The notes under the pieces were generated by a model that searched no databases, was not told the DNA's origin, and worked only from the letters and a program-made list of their open reading frames with translations. The position numbers were made by a program, and so were the translations under genes. From Bdellovibrionales bacterium (GTDB lineage: Bacteria > Bdellovibrionota > Bdellovibrionia > Bdellovibrionales > JAUICD01), in contig CBDANC010000012.1 of NCBI GenBank assembly GCA_965197425.1, positions 96,001 through 160,000 of the forward strand: DNA of 64,000 nt. The letters are read 5' to 3'. Below, piece by piece: positions 29,530 through 39,977 of the stretch (the stretch's first letter is position 1; every line of letters starts with the position of its first letter).

Positions 29530-29729
29530 CCAACTACCCAACTGCTTGATTAGATCCGAGATCTGGCACTCAGGGATCTGTTATCTGCATCTGGTATCCG
29601 CCACCAGGCACCTGTTTGCCAGATCACTGACCCCGAGCCCGTTTAATCTAAAAACATACATCATATTTTGTACTCCACCAGTTAAATACCTGCACCTGTA
29701 GGGTGCAAATACCCGCACCCGTAGGGTGC
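29530..29729 (+). repeat. Family C + family B repeats inside the dpp operon
   Basis: ATCCGCCACCAGGCACCTGTTTGCCAGAT identical to the 14396 region; GCACCC-GTA-GGGTGC abuts the dppC stop. Confidence 0.9.
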
Positions 29730-30595
29730 TATTTTTTTAGTCTAGGGTCTAACGCATCTCTTAGTCCATCTCCTAGTAAGTTAAATGCTAGTACTACTAT
29801 TAGTATACACAAGCCTGGTAGTGTAACTAAGTGTGGTGCACTTTCGATATATGGTCTTGAGTCTGATAGCATTGTCCCCCATTCTGCTATTGGTGGTTGA
29901 GCGCCTAAACCCAAGAAACCAAGTGCAGCGGCATTTAATATTCCATCGCTAAATCCTAATGCGCCTTGAACTATTAGAGGAGCAGTACAGTTTGGTAGTA
30001 TGTTAGAAAAAATAATTCTAATATTAGGTGTTCCATAAGTTTTGGATGCTATAACATACTTCTTTTTTTTCTCAGCCAGTGCACCTGCCCTGGCTAATCT
30101 AATAAACCCAGGTAGAGCCACAAAACTTACGGCTACAATAGTATTTAGCAAACTAGGTCCTAGAATGGATACTACAACAATAGCAAGTAATATACTGGGT
30201 AGGGCCATTAATATATCTACAAGCCGCATGATTGCCTTATCTAACCAACCACCAAAATAACCTGATATCAAACCTAAAACTGTACCAACACTCATTGAAA
30301 ATAATACAACTAAAAATCCAATTCCCATAGACACTCTTGCTCCATGAACAAGTCTACTTAGCATGTCTCTGCCAATTTCATCAGTGCCTAATATAAAATT
30401 ACCTCCGTCCCAGAATGGAGGGCTTATATGAGAATCAAAGAGTCTATTTTGTTCATAAGGAGCGATTAAATCTGCAAATAGAGCTACAAATACAAAAAAA
30501 ATCACAACAAAAAGGCTAAATAAAGCACCTTTACTGCTAGAAAAGTACTTCCAAAATTCTTTAAACGGTGAAGGAGGCGTATGTAGATCAGACAT
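29729..30595 (-). CDS. dppC: Dipeptide ABC permease
   Basis: LGTDEIGRDMLSRL, LGFLGLGAQPP.AEWG, FNLLGDGLRDALDP. Confidence 0.93.
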   Translation of the reverse strand: MSDLHTPPSPFKEFWKYFSSSKGALFSLFVVIFFVFVALFADLIAPYEQNRLFDSHISPPFWDGGNFILGTDEIGRDMLSRLVHGARVSMGIGFLVVLFSMSVGTVLGLISGYFGGWLDKAIMRLVDILMALPSILLAIVVVSILGPSLLNTIVAVSFVALPGFIRLARAGALAEKKKKYVIASKTYGTPNIRIIFSNILPNCTAPLIVQGALGFSDGILNAAALGFLGLGAQPPIAEWGTMLSDSRPYIESAPHLVTLPGLCILIVVLAFNLLGDGLRDALDPRLKK

Positions 30596-31605
30596 TATAC
30601 CTCCCCTCTTACTTTTGGATTAACCAGAGTATATACAAAATCCACAGTTATATTAATGATTACAATAAAACCTGCAATAATTAAAATCCCACCTTGTACA
30701 ACTGGATAATCTCTAGAAGTTACACTGTTCACTAGCCACTTACCAATACCAGGCCAACTAAAAATAGTTTCAGTTAGTATTGCACCAGTAATAATTGTAC
30801 CGAACATTAAACCAATAACAGTTACCACAGGTATTAATGCATTTCTAAGTCCATGAATAAATATGACTCGTGACTCTGTTAAACCTTTAGCTCTAGCAGT
30901 TCTGACATAATCCTCTGATAAAATTTCCAACATACTAGATCTAGTCATCCTTGCAATAACAGCCAAAGGAATTGTACCAAGAACTATTGAGGGCAGAATC
31001 AAATGTCTAACAGCACTAATAAATGCACTAAAATTGTTGTTAAGCAATGTATCAATTAACAAAAATCCAGTTACATTTGGAACTTCAAACAACACATCTA
31101 TACGACCGGACACAGGAGTTAAACCTAGGCCAACAGAAAACCACATTATTAAAATCAATCCCCACCAAAAAATTGGCATGGAATAACCAATCAAGGCACC
31201 TGACATTGTTACATAATCAAAAGCAGAATTTTTTTTTACAGACGCAATGATACCCATGGGCACACCCAACAAAACAGCCCAAAGCAAACCAGTTAAACCC
31301 AATTCTAGTGTTGCAGGAAATCTAGCAAAAAATTCATCTAACACAGGAACATTTGTAACTATGGAATTACCTAAGTCACCTTTGAAGGCATTTCCTATAA
31401 ACCTAAAATATTGCACTATTAAAGGTTTATCTAAACCAAGCGACTCTTTGATCTCATTATAGGCTGCGGGGTTAGCTCCTCTCTCACCAAGCATTGTGAG
31501 TACAGGGTCACCTGGTACCAATCTTATCAAGCTAAAAGAAACAATTGATACCCCAATAAATGTAGCTATTAAAGTAGATACCCTACTAAAAAAAAATTTA
31601 AACAT
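30595..31605 (-). CDS. dppB: Dipeptide ABC permease
   Basis: PGDP, FPATLEL, DYVRTARAKG, FSWPGIG. Confidence 0.93.
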   Translation of the reverse strand: MFKFFFSRVSTLIATFIGVSIVSFSLIRLVPGDPVLTMLGERGANPAAYNEIKESLGLDKPLIVQYFRFIGNAFKGDLGNSIVTNVPVLDEFFARFPATLELGLTGLLWAVLLGVPMGIIASVKKNSAFDYVTMSGALIGYSMPIFWWGLILIMWFSVGLGLTPVSGRIDVLFEVPNVTGFLLIDTLLNNNFSAFISAVRHLILPSIVLGTIPLAVIARMTRSSMLEILSEDYVRTARAKGLTESRVIFIHGLRNALIPVVTVIGLMFGTIITGAILTETIFSWPGIGKWLVNSVTSRDYPVVQGGILIIAGFIVIINITVDFVYTLVNPKVRGEV

Positions 31606-31612
31606 TATTCCA

Positions 31613-33250
31613 TTATTCTAAGTGTAAATGTTCAAATATATCTCTACCAAGAGGTTCCATCTTATAGTTCTTAACATTATTACGAAGTGCCCTATAGACC
31701 GTGGAGTGGGCTATAGTAACCCAAGGAGCTTGTTGTTTAAACACAACTTGAGCTTGCATGTAGTTAGAAGTTCTAGTGTTAATATCAGTAGCCTCTTTTG
31801 CTGCTTTTACTAGTTTGTCGAAAGGTTCAAAGCACCAACCAGCTCTGTTAGAACCACCCTCTTTAGCAGCACAGCTTAAAAGAGTGTATAAGAAGTTATC
31901 AGGATCCCCGTTATCTCCGGTCCAACCAAGCTGCAACATTTTATGCTCGCCATTTTTGGACTTGGCCAAATAAGTAGGCCAATCATAAGAAACCAAATTT
32001 GCGTTGATACCCGCGGCTTTTAGATCAGCCTGCATCATTTCCCCTAGCTGTTTACCCGAAGGTATATAAGGTCTGGAAACAGGCAAAGTCCACAAGTCAG
32101 TCTCAAAACCATTTTCAAATCCAGCTTCCTTCAAAAGCTCTTTAGCTTTATTAACATTGTAGTCATAGTCTTGAACGTCTGTGTTGTAAGACCATATTGT
32201 AGGAGGCATTGGATTTTTAGCCACCTGAGCATTACCTAAATAAATTGCTTTGATATAAGACTCTCTATTTAGGGCATGGTTCACAGCCTGTCTTACTTTT
32301 AAATTGTCAAAAGGAGGCTTGTTAACATTCATAGCAAGGTATCCAACATTAAACCCAGCTTGCTCCATAAGCACAATATCTTCGGAAGTTTTCATTGCTT
32401 CTAGATCTGCAGGAGCAGGATAAGGTACTAAGTGACATTCCCCAGCTTTTAGCTTTTGAAACCTAACACTAGGACTTGGAGTTATTGCAAACACAAGTTT
32501 GTCTATTTTAACTCTGCCGTTAAAGTAACCTTCAAAAGCATTGTATCTTATCAGGGAATCTTTTTCGTAACTTACAAATTCAAAAGCACCGGAACCAATT
32601 GGATGAGTGTCTATTTTTTCTGGAGTACCTGCTTTAAGTATTTTGTCGGCATATTCTTTTGATAAAAGGCTGGCAAAATCCATCCCCAAGTTTGCCACAA
32701 ATGGAGCTTCTACCTTATCCAAAACAAATTTAACAGTGTAGTCATCTACCTTAACTATATCTTTGATAATGGAACCCATGCTCATGGATGTAAAGTACTC
32801 ATAAACACCACCACTTACCTTGTGGTAAGGATGATCTTTATCATGCTGTCTTTTAAAACTAAAAACTACATCATCAGCATTAAGTGTTCTTGTAGGAGTA
32901 AAAAGCTCATTTGATTGGAAATTAATATCATCCCTTAAGTGAAAAGTATATTCCTTTCCATCAGAAGATACATCCCAAGACTTAGCAACACTAGGTGTGA
33001 CAGTCGTACCACCATACTCAAACTCAACAAGTCTACTGTATATGGCGTGGGTAGCATTAAAGGTGGACCCATCTGTTGCGATTTGAGGGTTGAAAGCACT
33101 TGGGCTACCCTCTGCACAAAAAACAAAGACAGATGAGGCTGTTTTCCCGTCTCTTGAACCATCCCCACCTCTTTTTGTACAAGATACTGAAAGTCCGGAT
33201 AAAACTAATAGCATCAAAAAAACATTGAATTTTGTTTTTATTTTGTTCAT
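31613..33250 (-). CDS. dppA: Dipeptide ABC substrate-binding lipoprotein
   Basis: Lipobox LSVSC, CAEGSP, GWTGDNGDPDNF. Confidence 0.93.
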   Translation of the reverse strand: MNKIKTKFNVFLMLLVLSGLSVSCTKRGGDGSRDGKTASSVFVFCAEGSPSAFNPQIATDGSTFNATHAIYSRLVEFEYGGTTVTPSVAKSWDVSSDGKEYTFHLRDDINFQSNELFTPTRTLNADDVVFSFKRQHDKDHPYHKVSGGVYEYFTSMSMGSIIKDIVKVDDYTVKFVLDKVEAPFVANLGMDFASLLSKEYADKILKAGTPEKIDTHPIGSGAFEFVSYEKDSLIRYNAFEGYFNGRVKIDKLVFAITPSPSVRFQKLKAGECHLVPYPAPADLEAMKTSEDIVLMEQAGFNVGYLAMNVNKPPFDNLKVRQAVNHALNRESYIKAIYLGNAQVAKNPMPPTIWSYNTDVQDYDYNVNKAKELLKEAGFENGFETDLWTLPVSRPYIPSGKQLGEMMQADLKAAGINANLVSYDWPTYLAKSKNGEHKMLQLGWTGDNGDPDNFLYTLLSCAAKEGGSNRAGWCFEPFDKLVKAAKEATDINTRTSNYMQAQVVFKQQAPWVTIAHSTVYRALRNNVKNYKMEPLGRDIFEHLHLE

Positions 33251-33571
33251 AACATTCTTCCTTTATTCTTTACTTTCTTAAACTCTCGCTTTAAAGAATT
33301 AAATATACGGGGAGCAAGTATATAGTCTAATACATGTTTTGCCTATGGTTTGATCGCCAAATCTTTGAATATGACGCAAAGCAAATGTGAGATAATCATA
33401 CTAACATACTAAAATACATTCTATTAAATGGAGTTTTATTTTTTAGTTTGCACAATTTTGAAAATTGGATTTCTAGCCTAAAATATAACCATCTATGGTG
33501 CAGGGTTTATGTTATATAAACCCAGGTAAAAGCTGGGCAACTGCAAAAAAGGAGAGTATAAAAGATAAGTT

Positions 33572-34111
33572 ATGAAGGGTATATTATGGGTTGATTTGGA
33601 AATGACAGGCCTTGCTCCCAAAACAGATAGGATTATTGAGGTTGCAGCTATTGTGACGGGTTTGGATTTGGAGGAGATTGGCAGATATCATGCTGTTGTA
33701 AAGCAACCACAGGAAATTTTGGATAATATGGATGAGTGGAACAAAAAAACACACTCCAAAACTGGTCTTTTAGAAAAAATATCTAGTGGAAAGGATGCTT
33801 CCAGGGTTGAAGAAGAGCTAATTTCATTTTCAAAACAACACCTTGCGGGTGAAAAAATAATTTTGGCTGGAAGTTCTATACATCACGACAGAAATTTTAT
33901 AAGATATCATTTCAAAAATTTTGAGGATATACTCCACTACAGAATGCTGGATGTCACAAGCTTAAAACTTGTGTTTAAAAATATACTAGGCGTTGACTTT
34001 GAGAAGAAAAACCTTCACAAGTCTATGGACGATATTAAAGAAAGCATAAGTGAGTTAAAATTTTATATAGATAAAATAAAAAATAAAATAAATATAATTG
34101 AAAACAAGTAA
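33572..34111 (+). CDS. orn: Oligoribonuclease
   Basis: WVDLEMTGL, IIEVA, HYRMLDVTS. Confidence 0.94.
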   Translation: MKGILWVDLEMTGLAPKTDRIIEVAAIVTGLDLEEIGRYHAVVKQPQEILDNMDEWNKKTHSKTGLLEKISSGKDASRVEEELISFSKQHLAGEKIILAGSSIHHDRNFIRYHFKNFEDILHYRMLDVTSLKLVFKNILGVDFEKKNLHKSMDDIKESISELKFYIDKIKNKINIIENK

Positions 34112-34150
34112 ATTAATAAGGAAATAACAACAAAGTATAGAGGACAAAAA

Positions 34151-34414
34151 ATGAAAGCAAAGAGAAAGCCAAACCCCGCATTTATGAAACCAGTTCAACC
34201 GGATGCAACTTTAGCAAACATTATAGGTGACAAGCCTATACCCAGAACTGAAGTTACAAAAAAAATATGGGAATATATCAAAAAAAATGATCTACAAGAT
34301 CCAAAGAACAAGAGAAACATCATATCTGATGAAAAGCTAAAGCCACTTTTTGAAGGAAAAAGCTCTATAAATATGTTTGAAATGACCAAACTCATAAGCA
34401 AACACTTAAAATAA
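34151..34414 (+). CDS. Stand-alone SWIB/MDM2 domain protein
   Basis: PRTEVTKKIWEYIKKNDLQDPKNKRNI. Confidence 0.92.
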   Translation: MKAKRKPNPAFMKPVQPDATLANIIGDKPIPRTEVTKKIWEYIKKNDLQDPKNKRNIISDEKLKPLFEGKSSINMFEMTKLISKHLK

Positions 34415-34444
34415 TCAAAGCTCTTGAGGTTCATGGGGTAGAAA

Positions 34445-35047
34445 ATGAGACTCATTCTAGTGTTGTTGATGTTGTTTGTTGCGTCTTGCACGACTTCTCA
34501 TGTTGTATATGATGCTGGTTCTGATTATGACCGTAATCTTGCGAAAGTAACGGACATACCTTTGATTGAAGCTTCCGGAAGAGGTGATATTGCGGCTGTT
34601 AAAGAGTTGCTTTCTACGCCATCTGAGATAAATGTAAATGCAGAAAATAATGAAGGGTTTACGGCTTTGATGACGGCAGGCCATAATGGCCATGCTGAGG
34701 TTGCCCAGCTTTTGCTCCAAAATTCGGATATAGATGTGAATCATCAAAATAGATGGGGATTTACTGCTTTAAGGTGGGCTAGTTCTTCGGGACACACTAA
34801 GGTTGTAGAAATTTTGCTGAGGGCGGATGGTATTGATGCAACCTTAAGGGATTCAAATGGTAATACTGCCCTTATGGTGGCAGCACGTATGGGTCATTTA
34901 GATATTGTTCAAATATTGGTTCCTAAGGTTGGTGGTCAGGTACATTTTAAAAATCATTTTGGCGATAGTGCCCTTACATTTGCAAGGGAGAATGGGCATA
35001 CCGCCGTTGCTCAGTTTATTGAGCAGTTAATTCGATATAAGTGGTAG
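34445..35047 (+). CDS. Ankyrin-repeat lipoprotein
   Basis: Lipobox FVASC; ~5 G.TAL..A...GH repeats. Confidence 0.9.
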   Translation: MRLILVLLMLFVASCTTSHVVYDAGSDYDRNLAKVTDIPLIEASGRGDIAAVKELLSTPSEINVNAENNEGFTALMTAGHNGHAEVAQLLLQNSDIDVNHQNRWGFTALRWASSSGHTKVVEILLRADGIDATLRDSNGNTALMVAARMGHLDIVQILVPKVGGQVHFKNHFGDSALTFARENGHTAVAQFIEQLIRYKW

Positions 35048-35065
35048 TTTTTTATCCAACCCCAT

Positions 35066-35207
35066 TGATCAAGCAATCGGGCATTTTTTTGGAAATTAAA
35101 GATACAACAGATCCCTGGTGGCGGATGCCATATGCAGATAACAACTCCCAGAATGCCAGATCCCAGAGTTAATCAGGCAAAAGTCTTCAACACTGACCCC
35201 CGCTTGT
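35066..35207 (-). repeat. Family C repeat including the first codons of a four-helix-bundle gene (relic)
   Basis: TTTTTTTGGAAATTAAAGATAC...CCTGGTGGCGGATGCCATATGCAGATAAC matches ~7702-7763. Confidence 0.85.
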
Positions 35208-35231
35208 CAAAAAAGTTCGCTTGTTATTGCT

Positions 35232-36044
35232 TTGGTTTTAGGTTTTAGTAAATGTCTTATGTCTTCATTTATTAGAGCTTATTTATTTTTAGGTATTTTA
35301 TCGTTTGTGTTGCTTTTGGCAGGCTATGTTCTAGGAAATAGGATTGGTCTAATGGTAGCTTTTATGTGTGTATTTTACATAAACTACTATGTTTATTTTT
35401 ATCTAGATTACACGCTTAAAAATCAGTTTGGTTGTGTTCAGATGGAGGGTAGAGATCCTTGGGGGGTTCTTTTATTTTTAAAAGAGACATGCTTGAAATT
35501 AAAAATACCTACTCCTAAGTTATTTACTACTGATTTTGATCTACCTCTTGCCTTTTCTGTTGGCAGATCTAAGAATGCTGCCAACATAGTAATTTCCAAA
35601 AAAATGCTTTCAATTTTGGATAAAGAGGAGCTTTTTTCTGTTATCTTGCACGAGTTATACCATATAAAAAACCGAGACATCTTGGTTCATAAAGTAGGCT
35701 TATTGATAATTAACTTATTTTCAGATCGAGGAGTTTTTAATTTCTTGAGTAGAAAGTATTTCAATCAACCCATATTCTCTCTTTTCTTTTTTTTGATAGT
35801 ACCTAAAAAGGCGGACTATGAAGCTGATAAATTTGCAAGCAGTTTTTTAGGAGATGCAGAGCCTCTTGCCAGTGCATTGTGGAAGATTAGCTCTTATATG
35901 AGTACAAGCTCTAACACCACTATAACAAAAGCCTCCCATATATTTATAGTAAACCCCTTGACCTTATCAAATGAGGATATATATTCTAAAAAGCCAATTG
36001 TGGCTAGAAGGATAAAAAAACTGTTAGGTAGGTATCCAATCTAG
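35232..36044 (+). CDS. M48 (HtpX-like) zinc metalloprotease
   Basis: AFSVGR, HELYHIKNRD, EAD, LASALWKI. Confidence 0.82.
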   Translation: MVLGFSKCLMSSFIRAYLFLGILSFVLLLAGYVLGNRIGLMVAFMCVFYINYYVYFYLDYTLKNQFGCVQMEGRDPWGVLLFLKETCLKLKIPTPKLFTTDFDLPLAFSVGRSKNAANIVISKKMLSILDKEELFSVILHELYHIKNRDILVHKVGLLIINLFSDRGVFNFLSRKYFNQPIFSLFFFLIVPKKADYEADKFASSFLGDAEPLASALWKISSYMSTSSNTTITKASHIFIVNPLTLSNEDIYSKKPIVARRIKKLLGRYPI

Positions 36045-36077
36045 CTTTTTATCTTTGTATTTGTAAGAGTTATATTT

Positions 36078-36434
36078 ATGGACAATAGTTCAACTGAAGA
36101 AAAAAATAAGAAAACTCAGGACAATTCTGACTTAAGAGGAGACACAGAAAAATCTGCCAGTGAATCTACAGGCTCGGCTGAGTCTATCCCTGAGGCCTCG
36201 TTTTCTGCTTTAATAATGTCATTGGCCTCTTCATCTTTGATGTGGATGGGGCTTTCTCATGATCCTGATAAAAAAATCCGGAAAAACAAAAAACTGGCTA
36301 TGTTTAATATAGATTTACTGCTTATAATCCAGGAAAAAACTAAAGGTAATTTGTCTGAAGAAGAATCAAAACTATTAGAAACTATAGTTTCTGATTTGCA
36401 GATGAGATATGTAAGTTTAAAAGATGAAGAATAA
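36078..36434 (+). CDS. DUF1844-like protein
   Basis: FSALIMSLA...IDLLLIIQEKTKGNLSEEE..LL....DLQMRYV. Confidence 0.8.
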   Translation: MDNSSTEEKNKKTQDNSDLRGDTEKSASESTGSAESIPEASFSALIMSLASSSLMWMGLSHDPDKKIRKNKKLAMFNIDLLLIIQEKTKGNLSEEESKLLETIVSDLQMRYVSLKDEE

Positions 36435-37806
36435 GCTTTTTATACTATTAATGTTAGTGGCATTTAATGCTAATGCTCAAAAGCCTGACAGTGCTTTCTT
36501 AAATTTATTTGTAGATCTTGCAAATAGAATAAACCCTATTGTGGTACATATCTATACTGACAATGCTGTAAACTCTAATGCTTACGGAATGTTGCCTCGT
36601 GAGCTTTTGGAGATGTTTGGTTTTCCTTTAGATTATAATGCACCTCCTAGGGGCCCTAGTAAGAGAACAATTGGCACTGGATTTATTATAGATAGTTCTG
36701 GGCTGATATTAACCAATGAGCATGTGGTCTCTTCGACCAATAATTTGAAAGTACAGCTGACTGATAAAACAGAATATACTGCCAGGGTTATAGGTAGCGA
36801 TCCTAGATTTGATGTGGCTTTGATTAAGATCAATCCCAAAAAACCCCTCGAATACGCTAGGCTTGGGAACAGTGACAATGTAAAAGTAGGTGAATGGGTA
36901 GCTGCTTTTGGAAATCCATTTGGTCATAGCTTTAGTATGAGTAAGGGCATTATTTCAGCAACTCATAGGAATGTGAATGAGTTAGGCCCGCTTAGTTATT
37001 TACAAACTGATGCAAGTATCAATCCAGGAAATTCTGGTGGCCCGCTTGTAAATACTAAAGGGCTGGTTATTGGTGTTAACACAGCAATAGACAGAAGAGC
37101 ACAGGGAATAGGTTTTGCTATACCTGTTAATGAGTTTAAAAAAATAAGAGCAGAGCTAGAAAAATTTGGCAAAGTGATTCGAGGTTATATAGGTGTGAGG
37201 CTAACACCTGTGACCTCACAGGTTAAAGATGTATTAAAGTTGCCAAGTTATGAAGGAGCTTTGGTTAGGGGTGTTGATTTGGAAGGCCCTGCTTATAAGA
37301 GTGGGATTCAACCTAACGATGTTGTTGTAAAGGTGGATAAAACAAAAATTGCTTCTCCTGATGATTTAGTAAATAAAATTAAAGACACAAAAATTGGAAC
37401 CACTGTTAAAGTGGATGTGGTTAGAGATGGTAAGACAAGATCTATATCAGTTAAAGTTGGCTCTCCTGAGAAATTGGCCGTTAATATGCCAGGCACCAGC
37501 AGCAGTGAAAGTACTGATGATTTGCAAAGTATTTTAGGAATTAAACTTTCTAATTACTCAAGAGCCTTGGCTCAAAAATATTCCATTTCATCTAGATACA
37601 AACCTGTGGGTCCCATTATTACCGAAGTCATTCCTGGAAGAGTAGCTAACTCTGCAGGACTAAAAGAAGGTGATATGATTGTCATGCTAAACAACAAAAG
37701 TGTTAAAAATGCCGCAAATTTTTATAAGAACCTTAAAAAAGGAAACTATAACTCCATCAGAGTTGTGAACAAAAGTAGCGTCAGCCAAATAACTTTTAAC
37801 TTATAA
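36424..37806 (+). CDS. HtrA/DegP serine protease with two PDZ domains
   Basis: TNEHV, DVAL, QTDASINPGNSGGPL. Confidence 0.95.
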   Translation: MKNKLFILLMLVAFNANAQKPDSAFLNLFVDLANRINPIVVHIYTDNAVNSNAYGMLPRELLEMFGFPLDYNAPPRGPSKRTIGTGFIIDSSGLILTNEHVVSSTNNLKVQLTDKTEYTARVIGSDPRFDVALIKINPKKPLEYARLGNSDNVKVGEWVAAFGNPFGHSFSMSKGIISATHRNVNELGPLSYLQTDASINPGNSGGPLVNTKGLVIGVNTAIDRRAQGIGFAIPVNEFKKIRAELEKFGKVIRGYIGVRLTPVTSQVKDVLKLPSYEGALVRGVDLEGPAYKSGIQPNDVVVKVDKTKIASPDDLVNKIKDTKIGTTVKVDVVRDGKTRSISVKVGSPEKLAVNMPGTSSSESTDDLQSILGIKLSNYSRALAQKYSISSRYKPVGPIITEVIPGRVANSAGLKEGDMIVMLNNKSVKNAANFYKNLKKGNYNSIRVVNKSSVSQITFNL

Positions 37807-38056
37807 AGCCCTTCAAATGAATCTAAAAACTGGATTGGTGAAGTGCCAGAGCAACGCTCCAACGAAACCAGAACAGTTTTTAGATTCAGTGTTGTGCAGA
37901 GAACAGGCCCTCGAGAAACCTATGTTTAGTTGAGATATTGGAGATAGAAATAAGATTTTGCCTAATGCGTGGTTCTCAGGGACTAAGTAGTTTCAAAGGT
38001 CTTCAAGTAAGTCATCAAAAAGTGAACTTGTTTTTTGTTTCACTAATGGAGCTTTA
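37807..38056. repeat. Palindromic cluster related to family A
   Basis: 15-bp perfect IR TGAATCTAAAAACTG/CAGTTTTTAGATTCA; AAGGTCTTC; AAAGTGAACTTGT. Confidence 0.7.
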
Positions 38057-38118
38057 TTAGCTAAAGTGATCTTGGTAGACTGTTAGTTAGAAGAGACTAT
38101 AAAAGGAGGTATCAAGAG

Positions 38119-39093
38119 ATGGAAGGTTTGGGCAGCAAGGTTTCTTCTGGCTTAAAGGTAGTATCTAATGTAAAGCAAGAGGTATCAAATGTAGTCATAG
38201 GTCAAGAGTCTATGATTGATCATATTCTTATTGGCTTACTCTCTGGTGGCCATGTACTGTTAGAGGGTGTTCCAGGTCTTGCTAAAACCCTTACTATCTC
38301 TACCTTATCTAGAACAATATCTTTAGATTTTAAGCGTATTCAGTTTACTCCAGATCTCCTACCATCTGATTTAATTGGTACTATGGTGTTTAACCAAGCT
38401 ACTGGGGAATTTACACCCAAAAAAGGTCCAATATTTACTAACATTGTTTTGGCTGATGAAATTAACAGGGCTCCTGCCAAAGTACAGTCTGCACTCTTGG
38501 AATCCATGGCAGAAAAACAAGTAACCATAGGAGAAACTTCCTATAAATTAGATGGGCCGTTTTTGGTTATGGCCACTCAAAATCCATTGGAACAAGAAGG
38601 AACCTACCCTTTGCCTGAAGCTCAGTTGGATAGATTTATGTTTAAAATATTAGTTGATTACCCTTCTAGAAAATCTGAATTAGATATTTTAGAAAGAATG
38701 TCAAAAGATTCTCAAATCGAGGTTAAAGCTGTAATTGGCAAAGATTTTTTAAATACAGCAAGAAACACAATTAATGAAATTCACTTAGACGAAAAAATTA
38801 AGAACTATATTGTAGACATAGTAATGGCTACTAGAGATCCACAATCATTTGGACTAAGTGGTCTAAAGGGCTTTATTCAAGTGGGAGCATCTCCTAGAGC
38901 TACTATTAATTTGGCAAAAGCATCCAGGGCCAGTGCATACCTACAGGGAAGAGAATATGTAACAGCAGATGATATCCAAAAAGTATGTTACCCCGTACTA
39001 AGACACAGAATCATTATGACTTATGAAGCGGATGCTAGAGAATATACAACTGATCAAATAATTCAAGACATACTACAAAATATTAACATTTAA
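38119..39093 (+). CDS. moxR: MoxR-family AAA+ ATPase
   Basis: EGVPGLAKT, RIQFTPDLLPSD, DEINRAPAKVQSALL, ATQNP. Confidence 0.96.
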   Translation: MEGLGSKVSSGLKVVSNVKQEVSNVVIGQESMIDHILIGLLSGGHVLLEGVPGLAKTLTISTLSRTISLDFKRIQFTPDLLPSDLIGTMVFNQATGEFTPKKGPIFTNIVLADEINRAPAKVQSALLESMAEKQVTIGETSYKLDGPFLVMATQNPLEQEGTYPLPEAQLDRFMFKILVDYPSRKSELDILERMSKDSQIEVKAVIGKDFLNTARNTINEIHLDEKIKNYIVDIVMATRDPQSFGLSGLKGFIQVGASPRATINLAKASRASAYLQGREYVTADDIQKVCYPVLRHRIIMTYEADAREYTTDQIIQDILQNINI

Positions 39094-39108
39094 TAAGGGA
39101 CAAATATT

Positions 39109-39975
39109 TTGTCAGAAGATTTACAAAAAATTTTAAACCAAGTTAAGTTTTTAGAATTTAGCACTAAAAAACTGGTAAACAATTTATTTGCCGGCAATTT
39201 TTCATCAGCTTTTAAAGGCGGAGGTATGACTTTTTCCGATGTACGAGAATATGTACATGGAGACGACATAAGACACATCAGTTGGCCAATAGCTGCTAAA
39301 ACTGGAAAACCTTATGTTAAAACTTACGAGGAAGAAAAAGAACTTTCAATTATACTAGCTGTCGATACGAGTGGCTCTGTAAACTATGGCAGCAATGAGC
39401 TTAAGTGTTCCACAATAGCAAAAGTAGTAGCTACTTTAGGTTTCAGTGCCATAAAGACTGGAAATAAATTAGGAATGGTATTATTTTCTGACAAGGTAGA
39501 TGAATTTATACCACCAAAAAAAGACAAAAAAAATTGTTATAGAATTATTCAAAAGGTTTTAACAAAAACTACCAGAAAAACAAATCTAAAAAATGTTTTG
39601 TCAGAACTAATAAATATAAAAAAAAGATCAACTATATTTATAATCTCAGATTTTATGGATAAAAATTTTGAAACTGAACTAACACTTATTGGGAAAAAGC
39701 ATGATATCATTGCTATAAGAATAAGAGACAGGAGCGAATTACAAATACCTAACATTGGTTTAGTTAATATTAAGGATGCCGAGACAGGGAAAAGTGTAAT
39801 TTTAAACACATCAAATGAATCCAGCAGACAAAAATATACATTAAACATGAGAAATTTATTTTTAGAACAAAAAAAGTCAATACGTAGATCAAATATAGAT
39901 TTAATTGATATATTTACCAACGAAGATTTTTTCTTAAAACTAGCAGAATATTTTAAAAGAAGGCGTCGTAGATAA
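39109..39975 (+). CDS. DUF58 VWA-like protein
   Basis: VREYVHGDDIRHI.W, VDTSGS, ISDF. Confidence 0.9.
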   Translation: MSEDLQKILNQVKFLEFSTKKLVNNLFAGNFSSAFKGGGMTFSDVREYVHGDDIRHISWPIAAKTGKPYVKTYEEEKELSIILAVDTSGSVNYGSNELKCSTIAKVVATLGFSAIKTGNKLGMVLFSDKVDEFIPPKKDKKNCYRIIQKVLTKTTRKTNLKNVLSELINIKKRSTIFIISDFMDKNFETELTLIGKKHDIIAIRIRDRSELQIPNIGLVNIKDAETGKSVILNTSNESSRQKYTLNMRNLFLEQKKSIRRSNIDLIDIFTNEDFFLKLAEYFKRRRRR

Positions 39976-39977
39976 TT

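Noticed and set aside
33350..33420. c-di-GMP-I riboswitch (GACGCAAAGC)
   Set aside because: The GNRA-capped P2 stem and the P3 pairing are missing.
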